DNA from: Mobula birostris | Lineage: Eukaryota | DNA length: 64,000 nucleotides | NCBI RefSeq assembly: GCF_030028105.1 | Contig: NC_092372.1 | Location: 170,630,058-170,694,057 of the forward strand | Direction of reading: 5' to 3' | Shown here: in pieces, positions 1-13,944 of the stretch | Layout of the letters: each line of letters opens with the position of its first letter | Numbering within the stretch: the stretch's first letter is position 1 | Position numbers and translations under genes: made by a program | Notes under the pieces: model-generated | Database searches by the model: none | Told to the model about the DNA's origin: nothing | The model's input: only the letters and a program-made list of their open reading frames with translations

Positions 1-829
1 TCCACAATGGGTTCAGTAAGGCTTGTTTGATAATGCACAAATGATTCTATTTGTAAGTGTGCTTACTTCAGCCAACAGGAAAATGGAGTAAGGTAATAAA
101 AACAGAAAATCATGACTTAATCCATGGGGTGAAATGTTTCCAATAACATGATAGCATCTGGATGGAGACACATTCTTACTCATGTGACTTTTGGAAATTG
201 AATGATAGAGGTATTACAAAAGTAACTTACAAAACTACTCCAAGAAATATACAAGAGAATTACAGCATGTGATCATGGGTATATTCCCAAAGTTGTTTTG
301 CTCCTGACTTGCAAATGTCACTGAATCTATCCATTAGTGCTTATATTTTGTGGTTTTTGTTTATGTGAGGGAAAGGAGATGAGATCCCTGATCAAAAGCA
401 CACTAACTACTGCATCTCAAAGCTTTTCCAGAGGTGTTTGTTCCACAGTTTTAAAAAGGTGCAGAAAGAATAGAAAACTCAAATAATGTTAATACAGTAA
501 ATGTTTAATTTCTTGTGTCCAATGTAACACAACAAAGTTTATTCAGTTTTGATATCTCATCTGCAATGTGTGCAAGACATGTACTCATACACTCATTAAT
601 AGAAAAACTTGCTAGATTAAATCGGAAACAAGAAATGACAAGTGTGACGGAGTTTCTTGCATAATTGTGATAACATGATTGATTGAACATTAACAGAATG
701 ACTGTTCCCTCTTTTCCTATTAATTGCTGTTGTTTTCTACTGAATAAGCAGTGTCATAGTAAATGACAGATCTTAGCTTTGAATCTCAAATTTTGCTAAA
801 TCAATACTGACATATCATATTATTTCTTA

Positions 830-970
830 ACTGTAACATTTTATACTGCATACTGTTGCTGTTTTCCCTTGTAGTATCTCAATAAACAGTTGTAATGAAA
901 TGACCTGTATGGATGGCATGCAAAATCATGTTTTTACTGTACCTTAGTACATGTGACAATATTAAACTAA
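830..970 (+). mobile_element. 3' tail remnant of a non-LTR (Rex1-type or associated SINE) element
   Basis: ctgtatggatggcatgcaaaat...ttactgtaccttagtacatgtgacaat resembles the tail at 37800-37965 in this window. Confidence 0.45.
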
Positions 971-1519
971 TATTATCAACTGCACATATATCCAAAAGCA
1001 TAATTTATTAATATTTTAATCATTTAATTGACCTCTGTGTCTCTTTGAAATGAAACCCAGGAGAATGCTCATTTGTACAAGTTACTTTTTAATCCCTAAC
1101 ACCAGTGCCTCTTCCCACTCATAACAGAGAACAAGACACCCAAACCATTCAAGATGGGCAGCAAATGCCAAAGGGTCATATATTGCTTTAAAAATGTTGA
1201 AAATGGGTGTAATATTATTTTTGCAGCCCACCTGTGTGTAAAACTACTGTGGAACCTAGTGCTTTAAATTTCCAGATCAGTCACATCTATTAAAATTCCC
1301 CTTGCTTTCTCCCTTTCTCACAAGATTAGCACATTCACAATCAAACAAGATTGTCATGGTTCCAATAAAGTACTTTGATTCAAACAGGTTTTCATTATAC
1401 AATTTGATTTCTGGAAGCATTCAAAATGAAAGGAGATATTTTACATCAACCAATCACCCCTTTGCCTTTGTAATCACAAAAGTTTAATTAAAATAAAAAG
1501 ACAACAGGGGGAAAAAATC

Positions 1520-1714
1520 AGCACAAGAGAATCTGCTGATGCTGGAAATCTTGAGCAACACACACAAAGTTCTGGACAAACCCAGCAAGTCAGGCGGCAT
1601 TAATGAAGGGGAATAAACAGTCAACATTTTGGGCTGAGATATCCACTTGCTCATTTCCCTCCATAGATACAGTCTGACCTGGTGAGTTCCTCCAGCACAT
1701 TCTGAGTGTTGCAG
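1520..1714. mobile_element. Penelope-derived fold-back (MITE-like) element, degenerate
   Basis: gatgctggaaatcttgagcaacacacacaaagttctgg...gagttcctccagcacattctgagtgttgc forms an inverted repeat homologous to 12981-13636, 23886-24122 and 47968-48108. Confidence 0.75.
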
Positions 1715-2149
1715 ATATCAATACATTCATACTATAAACAATGGTTTAGGTCTACAACCACAGACCTAAAGGACTTCGACTCAAGACTTGGATCCAAAGC
1801 CATTTCATGGGTGATGTGGACTGAGATGTTGACCAAGCCTCAAGGGATTATGTCCCAAGCCCCTTCCTCTAGCCTTTGATAGCTTCTGCTTTCAAAGGTC
1901 TGTTACACTATTTTTTAAAGATCGGAGTTGGCAGTTCTATACAAATGAATGTGGTAATGCTAGATGTGCCAGCTTTAGACTGTTTTCATTTTAGATTTCC
2001 AGCATTTGCTGATTTTCTTTCGTGCTCATATCCCATGTCTGATTTAGAAATGAACTGTAATTCATTTCCAAATCTCTCTGCCTGGATTAACTAATTTGCC
2101 ACAGAATGAATAATCTACAAATATCTACAATTCTTTCGAGCTTCTCTTC

Positions 2150-2960
2150 AACTTTTCCTCAGGCTCTTTCTTGCTTCCCCAAGCCCTCTTGCAAATTCAA
2201 ACCACCTATTCTTCTTTTCTAGTCTATTTTGGAAGATGTTACCTGCTGGTTCTCTCTCCTCAGGTAGTCCCATCTTAAAATATCCTATCATTACCATTCT
2301 CCTCTAAACAGCAACCTTTGATTCCATCAGTTCTTGCTCACTTCCTCCCCAGTGTCCCGGCAGCCTCATTAGTTCTCACCCAGTTTACCCACTCTGTTTC
2401 GGAATCATGAGGTTTCTGCCCCTAAGCAGATCCCAAACAGCTTTGAACAAAGTCACACACAAAACCCTGTGTAATTCTACTAAAGGCTTCTTTCTCATTC
2501 TAATCAACCTGCTGCAACCGTCAACATCTTTCACCAATGGCCTCTCCAACATTGTCCAATCGGGAGGATGCATCAAATGTTTCCTTTTTCATCTATCCTA
2601 TCGGAGAATTAACGGCAATGGCTTCTCTTTCTGTTCCCACATTATTATCACTTTTCACACTGCCTCTCTATCATTTCTTGTCTCCTAATTCTCACTTAAA
2701 AGCTGTCAGATTGTTCAGTCCCTATCATGATGCTGCCTAGCCACCAACTTCATTCTTCTCACTGTCAGCTAGTCAGGATTGAACCAAGTTGTTCAGTCTT
2801 GGTGCCATGTTTCACCCCAAGAAGAACATCAGTCCACATACCTGTGACACCTATCAGGCTTCTTACCTATGTGACATTGTTCAACTCTCTTTTTGCCTCA
2901 GATCTCCTGCTGAAATCCTTGTCACCTGCTGACCCTTCATCTCTATTGCACCTCTCATCA
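2150..2960 (+). mobile_element. Old L2-clade LINE, reverse transcriptase fragment
   Basis: ORF 2407-2688 RFLPLSRSQTALNKVTHKTLCNSTKGFFLILINL resembles the L2 RT motif GFRxxHSTETALxKVTNDIL...LILLDLSAAF; heavily decayed; probably continues at 3600-4040 after the CR1 insertion. Confidence 0.6.
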
Positions 2961-2980
2961 GCTTCCTTTAAACTACTCAA

Positions 2981-3585
2981 GGTATCAAGTACGGGAGATG
3001 CGATGTTACGTTGAAGATGCATAAGATGTTGGTCAGGCCTAATTTGGAGTATTGTTTGCAATTTCGGTCACCTACCTACAGAAAGGACGTAAATAGGATT
3101 GAAAGAATACAGAGAAAATTTACAACGATCTTGCCCAGTCTGGAGCACCTGAGTTAGAAGGAAAGATTGAATAGGTTAGGACATTATTCCTTGGAATGTA
3201 AAAGATTGAGGGGAGATTTGATAGAGGTGTACAAAATCATGAGGGGTATAAATAGGCTAAATGCAAGCAGGATTTTTTCACTGAGATTAGGTGAGATTAC
3301 AACTAGAGGTCATGAGTTAAGAGTGAAATGTTTCAGAAACATAAGTGGAAACTTCTTCACTTGAAGAGTGGTGGGAGGGTGGAGTGAGCTGCCAGTGCAA
3401 ATGGTGGATGCAACTTTGATTTCAACATTTAGGAGAAATTTGGATAGATATATGGATGAGGGGTGGGGGGATATGGAGGGCTATGGTCAGGATGCAGGTC
3501 AATGGGCCTAGGCATCTTAAATGGTTCGACAGAGACTAGATGAGCTAAAAGGCCTGTTTCTGTGCGGTAGTAGTCTATGACTCTG
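2981..3585 (+). mobile_element. CR1 LINE 3' fragment
   Basis: LVRPNLEYC..F.SP and ORF 3167-3364 LGHYSLECKRLRGDLIEVYKIMRG...TRGH; CR1-type tail ggcctgtttctgtgc...tctatgactct. Confidence 0.92.
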
Positions 3586-5364
3586 CTCTCTATAAACTAA
3601 AGTTCCTCTAAAACACTGATGTTATGTCCCTATTTGTACTGTCTCATTCACCCCTGACCTATGTTCTTGCTGACTTTCATGGTGCTCAATTGAGTAATGA
3701 CTTGATTTTCAAATTCTAATCCTTGTTTTTTAAGATCCCTCCCTGATCCCACCTTCCCTGCTCCATCCTCCATCCACTTCTCTGTAATCTTGATCTGCAA
3801 CCCTCCAAATCTAGCCTCTTCATATTAATGAATCAATCTTTTTGACACCATCCCTTCAGCAGAGCCCCTGAGCTCTGAAATTCCCACCTAAGCTTCTACA
3901 CATCTCTCTTTCCCTTTTTCAGGATGCTTTCTAAAATTGCTCTCATTCAACAAACCTTTGATCATTTGTCCTAAAGCTGCTTATAGGTGTCAGATTCAAT
4001 TTGCATTCGATAAAGCTTCTCTAAAGTATTTTGTTAAAGATAGTATATAAATTTAATTTGTTCTTACATGACTCACCTGGATTATATCTCATTCAAACAC
4101 ACAACTCCAATAAACTCATTTAGTCTAATTGTATTAAGCAGCAGATTAAAATGGTACTTCAAAATTTAAAATGGCTTTCCCCAAAAAAATCGTCATTTTC
4201 CATCTTTTATAATTCTACAGTTTGTAAAAGATAGCTGAGCAAAGTAGGCTGCAGTTCTTCTGGGGATTCCGTATGACATCAAAGGACTGAAAATCCAATG
4301 ATTCTAGTTTTCACACTGAAGGTATTTTACAGAAAGTATGTGCTGTTAATCTTCTGCTGTTCAGGGTGTAATTTAACTCTGAAATGAATAATTAACTGTG
4401 TTATACAGTCGTAGAGCTAAATAGCATGTAAACAGGCCTTTTGGCCCAAATCATCCTTGCCAAGTTGGTTGTGGCAAAAACATTGACAATTCAGCTAGTT
4501 TCTTTTTCCAGAATCAAAACTTAACTCAAGGAAAAGATATGATGAGAAGGCAGTTTTAAGAGTTCAGAGTTCAGAGTTCAGATAGGATATATTTGGCTAC
4601 TCATTTCTCATGTATGCACTTGAGGAGAGATTGAATAATTCCTGCTGCACCATTGAAAAAGAATCTTTTCAGCCTAAGTCCACTGATCCTTTTTCACGTG
4701 TATTTTTTAAACTCTTTCAAGATAATTTGCTATGGAAAATTAAGTCAATTTAAATTAACAAGAAATAATGTAGCTCAGTAAAGTGAAAATAAGTTGGTGA
4801 AGCAAATGCATTTTGGATTTCCTTCACTGAAGTAATGCCTGTGAAATTTTATATTACTATCAGCAGCATCACACAACTATAAGGGATTCTTTTAAATGGT
4901 TGCATATATATAAACTTTATTTACCTAATTAAACATCCAGAAATTTAATAAAGGTAAACCTTATTCCCAGTGAGTTATAGTAATAATACACAGCATTTTA
5001 AAGTTACATGTCTCGTCTAAGAAAGCACCAATGTTCAGAAGGGATATATTGGTATTTACACACTTCGCAGAGAGCTTCATTAAAATAAAAAAGGGGTATA
5101 AGTACTTCGAAGACTGTAAGTTCCAACTCCTATGATACATATTTATTGTCATGAAGGGAAGATTAACAACTTCACAAACAGCTATGTTGATTCTACATAA
5201 TTAGATACCTGTAGCTCCAAAATTGTGCTTATGTCTTCCCAAGGTTCATTGAAGAATAACTTAAACATAATTTGCCTACAATATGTAAAATTAACCAAAA
5301 GTTATTTCTCTACTTAGTTTATATTTAGTGTGCTTATGGTTGCAGTTTTACTTTGTGTGAATTA

Positions 5365-5934
5365 CACTCAGTAGCCACTTCATTCGGTACACCTGTATAC
5401 CTATTCATTAATGTAAATATCTAATCAACCAATCATGTAGCAGTAACTGAATGCATCAAAGCATGCAGAAATGGTCAAGAGACTTATTTGTTGTTCAGAC
5501 CAAACATCAGAATGGGGAAGAGATGCGACCTAAGTGACTTTGAACATGGAATGATTGTTGGTGCCAGACAGGGTGGTTTGAGTATCTCTGAAATTGCTGA
5601 TCTTCTGGGATTTCCATGCACAACAGTCTCTAGAGTTTACAGGAACAGTGCAAAAATTTTTTTTTAAAAATCCAGTGACTGGTAGTTCTGTAGGTAAAAG
5701 CACCTTGTTAATGTAAGAAGCCAGAGGAGAATGGCCAGACTGGTTCAAACTGACAAGAAGGCAACAGTAAATCAAATTACAACAGAAGTGTGCAAAAGAG
5801 CATCTCTGAATGCACAACATGTTGAACCTTGAAGTGGATGGGCTACAGCAGCAGAAGACCACGAACATACAGAAATACAATTAATGGCCATGTTATGACA
5901 TGCCTCCTATACCTAATAAAGTGGCCATTGAGTG
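5365..5934 (+). mobile_element. Internally deleted Tc1-family DNA transposon
   Basis: TA flanks at 5363-64 and 5935-36; TIRs cactcagtagccacttcattcggta / tacctaataaagtggccattgagtg; transposase N-terminus from 5512 reads MGKRCDLSDFEHGMIVGARQGGLSISEIADLLGF. Confidence 0.92.
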
Positions 5935-6424
5935 TATTCCTTTTAAGGTCTTTTGTAAGTTTCTAGCTAACGAGGTCTGGGCAAAAATTGAGCTGGATAG
6001 TCCAACTACCCACCCGACAGTTGTGAAAGCAAACGCCAGTATTTAATTTTTTTTGGAGACGAGGTAGAAGCTGACGTGTGCACTGCTCAGTAACATCCTA
6101 TCTTTCTGGCTGCCCCATGCTCCATTCGTGCTGGTACCTCACGGTATTGACACTTCATGCTGCCCTTGGTATCTCCTGGGCTCTATGCTGGTGTACAACC
6201 AGGATATGCTGACATGTATGGACTATGGATAGGCTCTTGCTGAATGTAACTTGAGAAGTCCATTAGGAACTTGCGGGGTGGGGAAAAATTAAATGAAGAT
6301 TGAAATTCCCCTTCATCCCTGATGATTCTCCTTATCTGAGGAAGGATGTTCTTGCAATGAAGTGAATGCAGCAAATGTTCACCAGACTGATACCTGGGAT
6401 GGAACGACTAGTGTATGGAGAGAG

Positions 6425-8800
6425 CAAGGAAGTTTAAAAGAAGCGAGCAGGGGCAGTCGGCACATTTTTGCATGCCACAGTCCCAAGGAGACATTGGATT
6501 GCGTAGAAGGAGAGAGGGCTTAAAAGAAACCAACAGGGACAGTCAGCATTTTTTTGCATGCCACAGTTCCTAAGGAGACATAGGAATGTGCATAATTAGG
6601 CACTTGGCAAGGACCGCTAAAAAGATGTTAGGTTTAAACGGAGAAGGCATTGTGTGAGTGAGCCAGTATTGGTGTGGTTTGGCTTATCGAGGCTTCGGCG
6701 AAGTGAGGTGAAGGCCATAGGTAGATTGTTTTGTTTAACATTTCTTTCTTTCTTTCCTTCTTTCCTACTTTCTAACTTTCCTTCTTTCTTTCTTCCCTTT
6801 CTTTCTTTCCTTTTTTTATTGCACAGTTAGAGCAGCGGGGATGCTAGACAGGATTGTGCAATGCTCCTCTAGCAGGAGTTGGGAAGGCAGAGAGAATCCT
6901 CCAGTGTCCCTGACAACAGCAGCTGCACGTAGTCCATCCAGCTGCAGCATCTTACAAACTGTGTTAAGGAATTGGAGCTGGAGCTGGATGAACTTCAGCT
7001 CATTCGGCAGGCTGATTGACAAGACATACAGGGAGGTAGTTACACCCAAGGTGCAGAACACAGGTAACTGGGTGACAATCAGGAGTGGGGGGGGCAGGAT
7101 GTGCAGTCAGTGCAGCTTACCCCTGTTGATGTTCTGCTGAACAACAGATATACAGTTTTGGATACTGTTGGGATGATCACTTCACAGAGAAAAACCAGTG
7201 GTCAGGTCTCTGGCACTGAGTCCGGTGCTGTGGCTCAGGAGGGGTGAGGGAAGAAGTGGCAAGCTATAGTGATAGGAGATTCATTGCTTAGAGGAACATA
7301 AGGAGGCTCCCAGATGGTTTGTTGCCTGCTGGGTGCCAGGATCAGGGACATCGTGGATAGAGTCCACATGTGGGAGGGGAAGATGCCACTCTATGCCGTG
7401 ATCCACATCAGTACCATTGACATGGGTAGGATGGGTAAAGAGGTCCTGCAAAGTGAGTTCAGGGAGTTCGGTGCTGATTAAAGGGGGAACTTCCAGGGTT
7501 GTGATCTCAGGATTGCTACATATGCCATGTTTTAGTGAGGCCAGAAATAGGAAGATCGTGCAGTTTAACATGCGGCTAAGAAGTTGGTGCAGGAGAGAGG
7601 GCTTCGGATTTTTGGATCGTTGGGCTTTCTTCCAGAGAAGGGGGAGACCTGTCCAGAAAGAACAGTTTGCACCTGAACAGGAGAGGAGCTAATATCCTAG
7701 CAGGAAGGTTTGCTAGGGTTGTACAAGGAGGTTTAAACTAGACTTTCAGGAGGAAGGAGACAAGAGCACAAGAAGAGATGGTGGAGTGATTGTAGAGAAA
7801 GATGGTGTTAAGCCTAAGGGTCAGGAATAAAAAGGTCAAGCACGGTAGGACTAGTGTTCTAAACTGGGTACATTTCAATGCAAGGAGTATTGTAGGAAAG
7901 TCGGATGAACTGAGGGTATGGATCAGCATGTGGAATTATGACACTGTAGCCATTAGTGAGACTTGGTAGCAGAAGGAGCAGGACTGGTAGCTCAGTGTTC
8001 TGGGGATCTGTTGTTTTAGGTGTGATTGAGCGAGTGGGATTAAAGAGAGAGGGTTGGCTTCATTAGTAAGGGAAATTGTCACAGCAGTGCTCAGTCAGGA
8101 CAGACTGGAGAGCTCTTATCTGAGGCTTTATGGATTAAACTGAGAAATAAGAAAGGTATGACCACATTAATAGGATTATATTATAGACCATCCAACAGTC
8201 CTTGGGATTTGGAGGAGTAAATTCGTAGAGAGATCGCAGACTGTTGCAGGAAAAATAAGGTTGTGATAGTAGGTGGTTTTAACTTTTTACATATTGACTG
8301 GGACTCCCATACTGTAAAAGGGCTGAAAGGGAAAGTGTTTGTCAAATGTGCTTAGGAAGGTTTCCTTAATCAGTACATAGAAGTTCCAGCTAGAGAGAGT
8401 GCAATACGAAATCTCCGGTTAGGGAAAGAGAGAGTGCAGGTAACAGAAGTTGTGTAGAGGAATACTTCGCATCTAATGATCGTAATGCCATTAGTTTCCA
8501 GGTACTTATGGAAAAGGATAGGTTTGGTTGTTGGGTTGAGATTCTAAGTTGAAGAAAGGCTAATTTTCATGGTATCAGAAGTGATCAGGCAAGTGTGCAT
8601 TGGGAAAGATTGCTTTCTGGCACAGGTCACCTTGGTTAACTGAACTTGGTATCTTGGCCTTCACTTTTGAGAGTACAGAGTTTGTACATTCCTGTCAGTA
8701 TAAAAGGCAAGTTAAACAGGTTTAGGGAACCTTAGTTTTCAAAAGGTATTGAGGCCCAGATTAAGAAAAAGAAGGAGGTGCATTGCAGGTATAGACATGG
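6425..8800 (+). mobile_element. CR1 LINE 5' half (5'UTR, ORF1 zinc-finger/SGNH esterase, ORF2 APE endonuclease), 3'-truncated
   Basis: ORF1 remnants IVQCSS..WE, VIGDSL, RVVISGLL..P...RNRKIVQFNMRLRSWCRREGFGFLDRW; ORF2 start YFNARSIVGKSDEL, VAISETW, GLYYRP; many stops and frameshifts. Confidence 0.9.
6432..6592 (+). repeat. Imperfect tandem duplication (about 85 bp x2) in CR1 5' region
   Basis: ttaaaagaa...cagtc.gca.tttttgcatgccacagt.cc.aaggagacat occurs twice. Confidence 0.75.
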
Positions 8801-9034
8801 GCTATGGTTGATCTGGTTCATTGTTTAATTCAGGCTTCTGGGTGTTTGCAATACCAGATATTCAGCAGTGTTATAATAAGCAAGGGAACCTCCCCCAGGC
8901 AAATTTAAGAATTTAGTAATAATTTTAAAAACTTCAAAATAAACCAACTATATCAGGAAAGTAAACATAAAGCTGTGCGATCATCATAAAACCAACACTC
9001 GTTCACTTTTCATTTAGTTTTATCTTTATTTATT

Positions 9035-9340
9035 AATTTTCTGTGATCACAAGCAAGACCAGCATTTATTAACCATCCTTAACTGCCTCTGATAAGGGTG
9101 GAGTGGTCTGCCTTGCTAAACTACTGTAGCCTTTCTTACGAAGATACTGCTGGAAGGGAGTACTGTACCAGGATTCAGACGCAGTGATGATGGAGGAACA
9201 GCAATGTATTTCCAGTAGGCGGCTTGGAATGTAACCTGCAGCTGGTGGTGTTCCATGTGCCTGCTGGCCCTGTTTTGCCTTGGTGACACATGTCTTGGAT
9301 TTAGGAGGTGCTGTTTGATTAGCCTGTGTAATTAGCAGAG
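9035..9340 (-). mobile_element. Old non-LTR retrotransposon 3' fragment, clade uncertain
   Basis: caagaccagcatttattaaccatccttaactgcc...gccttggtgacacatgtcttggatttaggaggtgctg; overlaps in sequence with the 39230-39330 segment of a related copy. Confidence 0.45.
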
Positions 9341-10610
9341 AGCTGCAAAGGCTGAGAAATTGAATATACTCAAAATCGACATTGACAGATATTCAAACAA
9401 GGAAGTCATTGTGTATGTGGACCAAGAAGGACAGTTGTATTGAGATCAGGATTGGATCAGGCATGATTTTATTGAAAGGCAAAGCAATTTCATGGAACCA
9501 TTTGGATGACTCCTACTTCTTTGACTTATGGTCATAAAAGATATAACAATCTCCTGTATATCTCCTGCTTTCCACATTACCCACCCTATGATACACCCTA
9601 CCTCACTTTTCTTCCAGTCAGTGGCTTCAAAGTTCCTCGTCTTCAATTCTGCCCACTTTCTGGCATTACCAAAATTGAAATCAGCCTTTCATCTGCCTGT
9701 CCCTAGCCAGTGAGCTCCAAGTACTTGATGAGTGCAAACTATTATAATCTACTACTAACCCACCATGGTTTTCAAGCAAAACCCTTTAATGAATAGAGAT
9801 GTTTACTTAGCTTAGTAACTTCAGAAATTCTGGTATTGACTTAGAAGTCTCTAATTGCTACATTTAGAAACTTGCCAGTTAATGAATAACTATAGAATAA
9901 ATAGTCCCCTGCTGTTTGCTGAGGTTACATTGTTCTGCACTACAGCTTCTAATGAGAAAAGTAATTGTCAGGGCTGCAAATACACTGAGGTTGGCATTGA
10001 TTCCCTCTGTGCTTCATAATGATGCCAATTTGGTTCCCTTAAAGCTATCCACTTATAAATGATCTATGTTGCCTGATGGCCATTTGTTCAAGAAATAATA
10101 CCAACAATGCAAGTCTGGATTGAAAACAAAGTAACACTTATTACTGTCGGGAATAATTAGTGCTCAATTACTCAGGTAGGCATTTGCAATGTACAGTTAA
10201 ATGTGAGATGTTTGACAGGTGAATCAAACAACAAAAGCAGTCAGGAAGTATAATTTTCCTGTTGTCTATAATTAAGAAAATGTAGCAAATGAACGTGTGA
10301 TGAAGTAAAACAGAACTGATACAGTAAAACTCCAATAATCTAACATACTTTGGATTTAGATGGTGCGCGAATAGCAGATTTGCTCTGCTATTGGATGTTA
10401 TTCCAACCACAATACACTTCTAAATAGTTTATTTTAGACGTTACACAGTAGATCTATAAATTTCTAATAACTTCAAAGAAGGTATGGCAAATGGGGCTCT
10501 GATCACTTTACTGAGTGCGCAGAAAATGGGGTCCGGTATGTTCGAAGGGAATGCAGAAAATAAGGAGCCAGTGAATGGAAAGGAATGCACAGAGCACCGT
10601 CCCTGTCTGG

Positions 10611-10803
10611 AAATTTATTTTTTATTTCAAGATACTGCACAGTAATCGCTCTTCCATTTCACTGAATTCCACCCATACAGCCTTTGGAATGTGGGAGGAA
10701 ACTGGAGCACCCAGAGGAAACCATGTGGTCATGGGGAGAACATCCAGAATCCTTGTAGACAGTGCAGGAAATGAACATTAGCTGCTGCGCTGCCATGCCA
10801 CCC
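10611..10803 (-). mobile_element. V-SINE (HE1-like) fragment
   Basis: ctttggaatgtgggaggaaactggagcacccagaggaaacc is the reverse complement of the V-domain core GTTTCCTCxGGGTGCTCCxGTTTCCTCCCACA. Confidence 0.8.
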
Positions 10804-11104
10804 TATGCAGTGCAGGAACCAGGACCCTGGTGAATGGAAAGCTAAGTGTGACAAATATCACCTAGAGAGAAAATGTTAAACCGTGGGCATTTCCCAATGG
10901 TCCAATGGTGGGTTATTGGTGTTTTACTGTATTAGTATTTTTGTTCCAATATCCACATCATTTGTTTATCTGAGGGTGTCTATTCTGTTTAAAGAGTACA
11001 ATTCACTGTGGGTTTTGAATATGCTGGGCAAATATGATTGTACAGTTCCAAGAGTAGTCAAATTGTCAAATGGAAAAATTAGCCAAGTAGTGGATTGTGA
11101 GGAG

Positions 11105-11900
11105 ATCAAAGGATGAAGCATTACCTTCCCGCGTCTTGCCTTGTTATCATATGACAAAGGGAGCAATCCTGAGATTACAACACTTGATGCCCTGCCTTTT
11201 AATATTCTGCCCAACGTTCTGAATTCTCTCTACAGTTCTTATCTTTCTTCCTGACTATGTAGTTAGTACCACTTTGGACCATGATCTCTGGTTGCTCACT
11301 CTCCCCTTCCAGGGTGCCCTGTGCCCACTCAGAGACATCCTTGTCAGTGATGCCTGTGAAGCACGCACCAATATGGAGTCTTGGTGATGGCCACAGAAAT
11401 GCCTGTCTGTGCTCTTGACCAAAGCAACCTCTTTCACTACTGCTTTCTCACCTGCCTAGCTGTACAACACAGCCAGTTGGGTGCCATCAATCTTGCTGCT
11501 GCTGTCATTTTCCTCCTAGAGGCCTTCCTTCCCACCGAAGTGAGCAAAACAATATATTTTTTGAGCACAGGACAGCCCCCGGAGATTCCGATAATAACTG
11601 CCTACCTCCTGGCAAGTCACCCATCTGTCTGGCAGAACCTTTGGCATGGTGACCTCCCAGGAACACCGATCTATGACCTCTCTGCCTCCTATCTGCTTCT
11701 CAGTGAGTTGAGCTGCTGTTCCAGTTGATCCATGTGGTCTGAGGGAAGCTACAGCTGGACACTCATCCTAAGGACTCTGAAATAGTTACAGATCTCTCAC
11801 ATCTCATTGGAAGAGCACACCACTTCATGGACTGCCATTACTGCACCTCCACCAACAAATAGACTAAAGAAAAGGGTAAAAAAAAAACTTACCTTGCCTT
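11105..11900 (-). mobile_element. CR1 ORF1 fragment
   Basis: Minus-strand peptides GRILKGRASSVVISGLLP and LVKSTDRHFCGHHQDSILV match CR1 ORF1 esterase region. Confidence 0.82.
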
Positions 11901-12980
11901 ACCCTGTTGCTGCTCATTCTCTTTATTGAAGTCCAGCATTCATTAAATCCTGCACTTCCACTTCAAGAGCAGTACTGTGACCTCAGAACTGTCCTTTTCA
12001 AAATTGCTGCTCTATTAGAACCTGCCTCCATTTTATTCACTGCTAATACTCTCAGTATGAAAATAAATGGTTCTTCACCTCAGGTATCCTTTATAAATGG
12101 CCACTGCTCCTCCTCCTCACTACATGGCCACAGTTTAGATATTTTGGGAACTAAATGATGTTATACTGTATATTCAAGGATTTCATCAGTTTAAGTTTCT
12201 TCTTAAGGTTTTTTTATGATAAAGAGTTCAAGATTATAGGAGCATCACAATGGAGAAAGGACAGAGGTCATTTGGCTTAGAAGGATTAACCTGCGTATAC
12301 CTGATCTCTGCCTGCCCATACCCAATTGTTGATAGTTTATTCAAAATGTTTATCACAATGTTTCATTAGAAAGGCTTGGGCTCTAAATTTACATTAAAAT
12401 TTATGTTTTATGTCAACCATATAGTTTAATACTTTACTCATCTTAATAATCACCCATTGACTATTTTATTATGATATTGTAATTTAAAATGAAAAATAAT
12501 GTAAGTCTGTTTCCCATGCATGATGAATCCATTGGAAATGAACCCATTCTCATCTTATTTTCACACTCTGGCAGAAGAAAATGAAAAAATAAGGCGACTC
12601 AGGAGACACAATTTGCTTCACTTCAGAATGTTAAGGACCATTTCAAAACCAGAGATATGACTATTTAGCATCATGGGCACATTGACATATTGTCCCTCCT
12701 GCAATGCTCCACTAATTAGAGTCTGCTAACAATCTCTCATTGGATGAACTGACAGAGGCAGGCGCCACTGATTTAGAATTATTTTACATAAGAGCTTACA
12801 TACAAACCATTTAAGCAGAAGTACTGTATGCTAAGGGCACTTGGCCTCTCAAGCCTGCTCCATCACTAAGTAAGATCATGGATGACTCAGGAAGATTGAC
12901 ATCATTCAGGACAAAGCAGCCCATCTGATTCCATAGCCATAAACATTCATTCTGTCTGCCAGGGACATATCATGGCTTCA

Positions 12981-13636
12981 CACACACAAATACTGGAGGA
13001 ACTCAGCAGGCCAGACAGCATCCGTGGAAAAAAGTACAGTCAATGTTTTGTGCCGAGACCCTTCGGCAGGACTGGAGAAAAAAAGCTGAGGAGTAGATTT
13101 GAAAGGTGGGGGCAGGGGAGAGAGAAATGCCAGGTGATGAGGGGAAGGGATGAAACAAAGATCTGGGAAGTTGATTGGTGAAAGAGACAGAAGGCCATGG
13201 AAGAAAGAAGAAAGGGTATGGGGAGGAGCACCAAAAGGAGTGATGGGCGGGCAAGGGGATAGCATGTGAGAGGGACAAGGGGATGGGAAATGGTGAAGTG
13301 GGGGTTGGAGGCATTACTGGAAGTTCGAGAAATCGATGTTCATGCCGTCAGGTTGGAGACTACCCAAACGGAATATAAGGCATTTTTCCTCCAACTTAAG
13401 TATGGCCTTACCCCAACAGCGGAGGAGGCCATGGATGGATGTATTGGAATGCGAATGGGAAGTGGAGTTAAAATGAGATCTCCCAGTGACCACCCATCTT
13501 AATTCCACTTCCCATTCCCATTCGGATATGGGATCTCATGGTGGCCACCCATTTTAATTCCACTTCTGCTGAGTTCTTCCAGATTTTGTGTGTGTTGCTC
13601 GGATTTCCAGCATCTGCAGAATTTCTCTTGTTTGTG
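12981..13636 (-). mobile_element. Penelope-like retroelement 3' fragment (GIY-YIG endonuclease C-terminus plus inverted terminal segment)
   Basis: ORF 13314-13508 HFNSTSHSHS..SIHGLL.C......KLEEKCLIFRLGSLQPDGMNIDFSNF; exact 14-bp TSD atatcatggcttca at 12967-12980 and 13637-13650. Confidence 0.92.
13037..13074 (-). ncRNA. Degenerate minimal type-I hammerhead ribozyme motif (Penelope-associated)
   Basis: Minus strand cagtc-CTGCCGA-agggtctcggcac-AAAA-catt-gactg; stem I cagtc/gactg intact, core mutated relative to CUGANGA...GAAA. Confidence 0.6.
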
Positions 13637-13944
13637 ATATCATGGCTTCATTTGTGCCATCTACAAGATACGCTGATGGACCTTAGATATTGCTGAAATT
13701 CTGGTGAGTTCTACATTCTTCAAATGGTTGTGCTCATTTCATTCTGTTCCAGTATTACTTCACCTGTATACAGTCATCAATGTATTGGGTATTATTTACT
13801 GACATTAGATGACAACTTTTAGCAATGATTTGTGTACAAAGACTATTTCTACCAGCACACCATTTATAGCCATCTCTCTACAGAGACATCAATGTTCATG
13901 CCTGGCATCCTCTTTCCCGATGTGTATCATACACAGACAGAGAA

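Noticed and set aside
4065-4200. Minus-strand splice donor CAG/GTGAGT
   Set aside because: Upstream sequence has frequent stops and no clear acceptor; expected by chance
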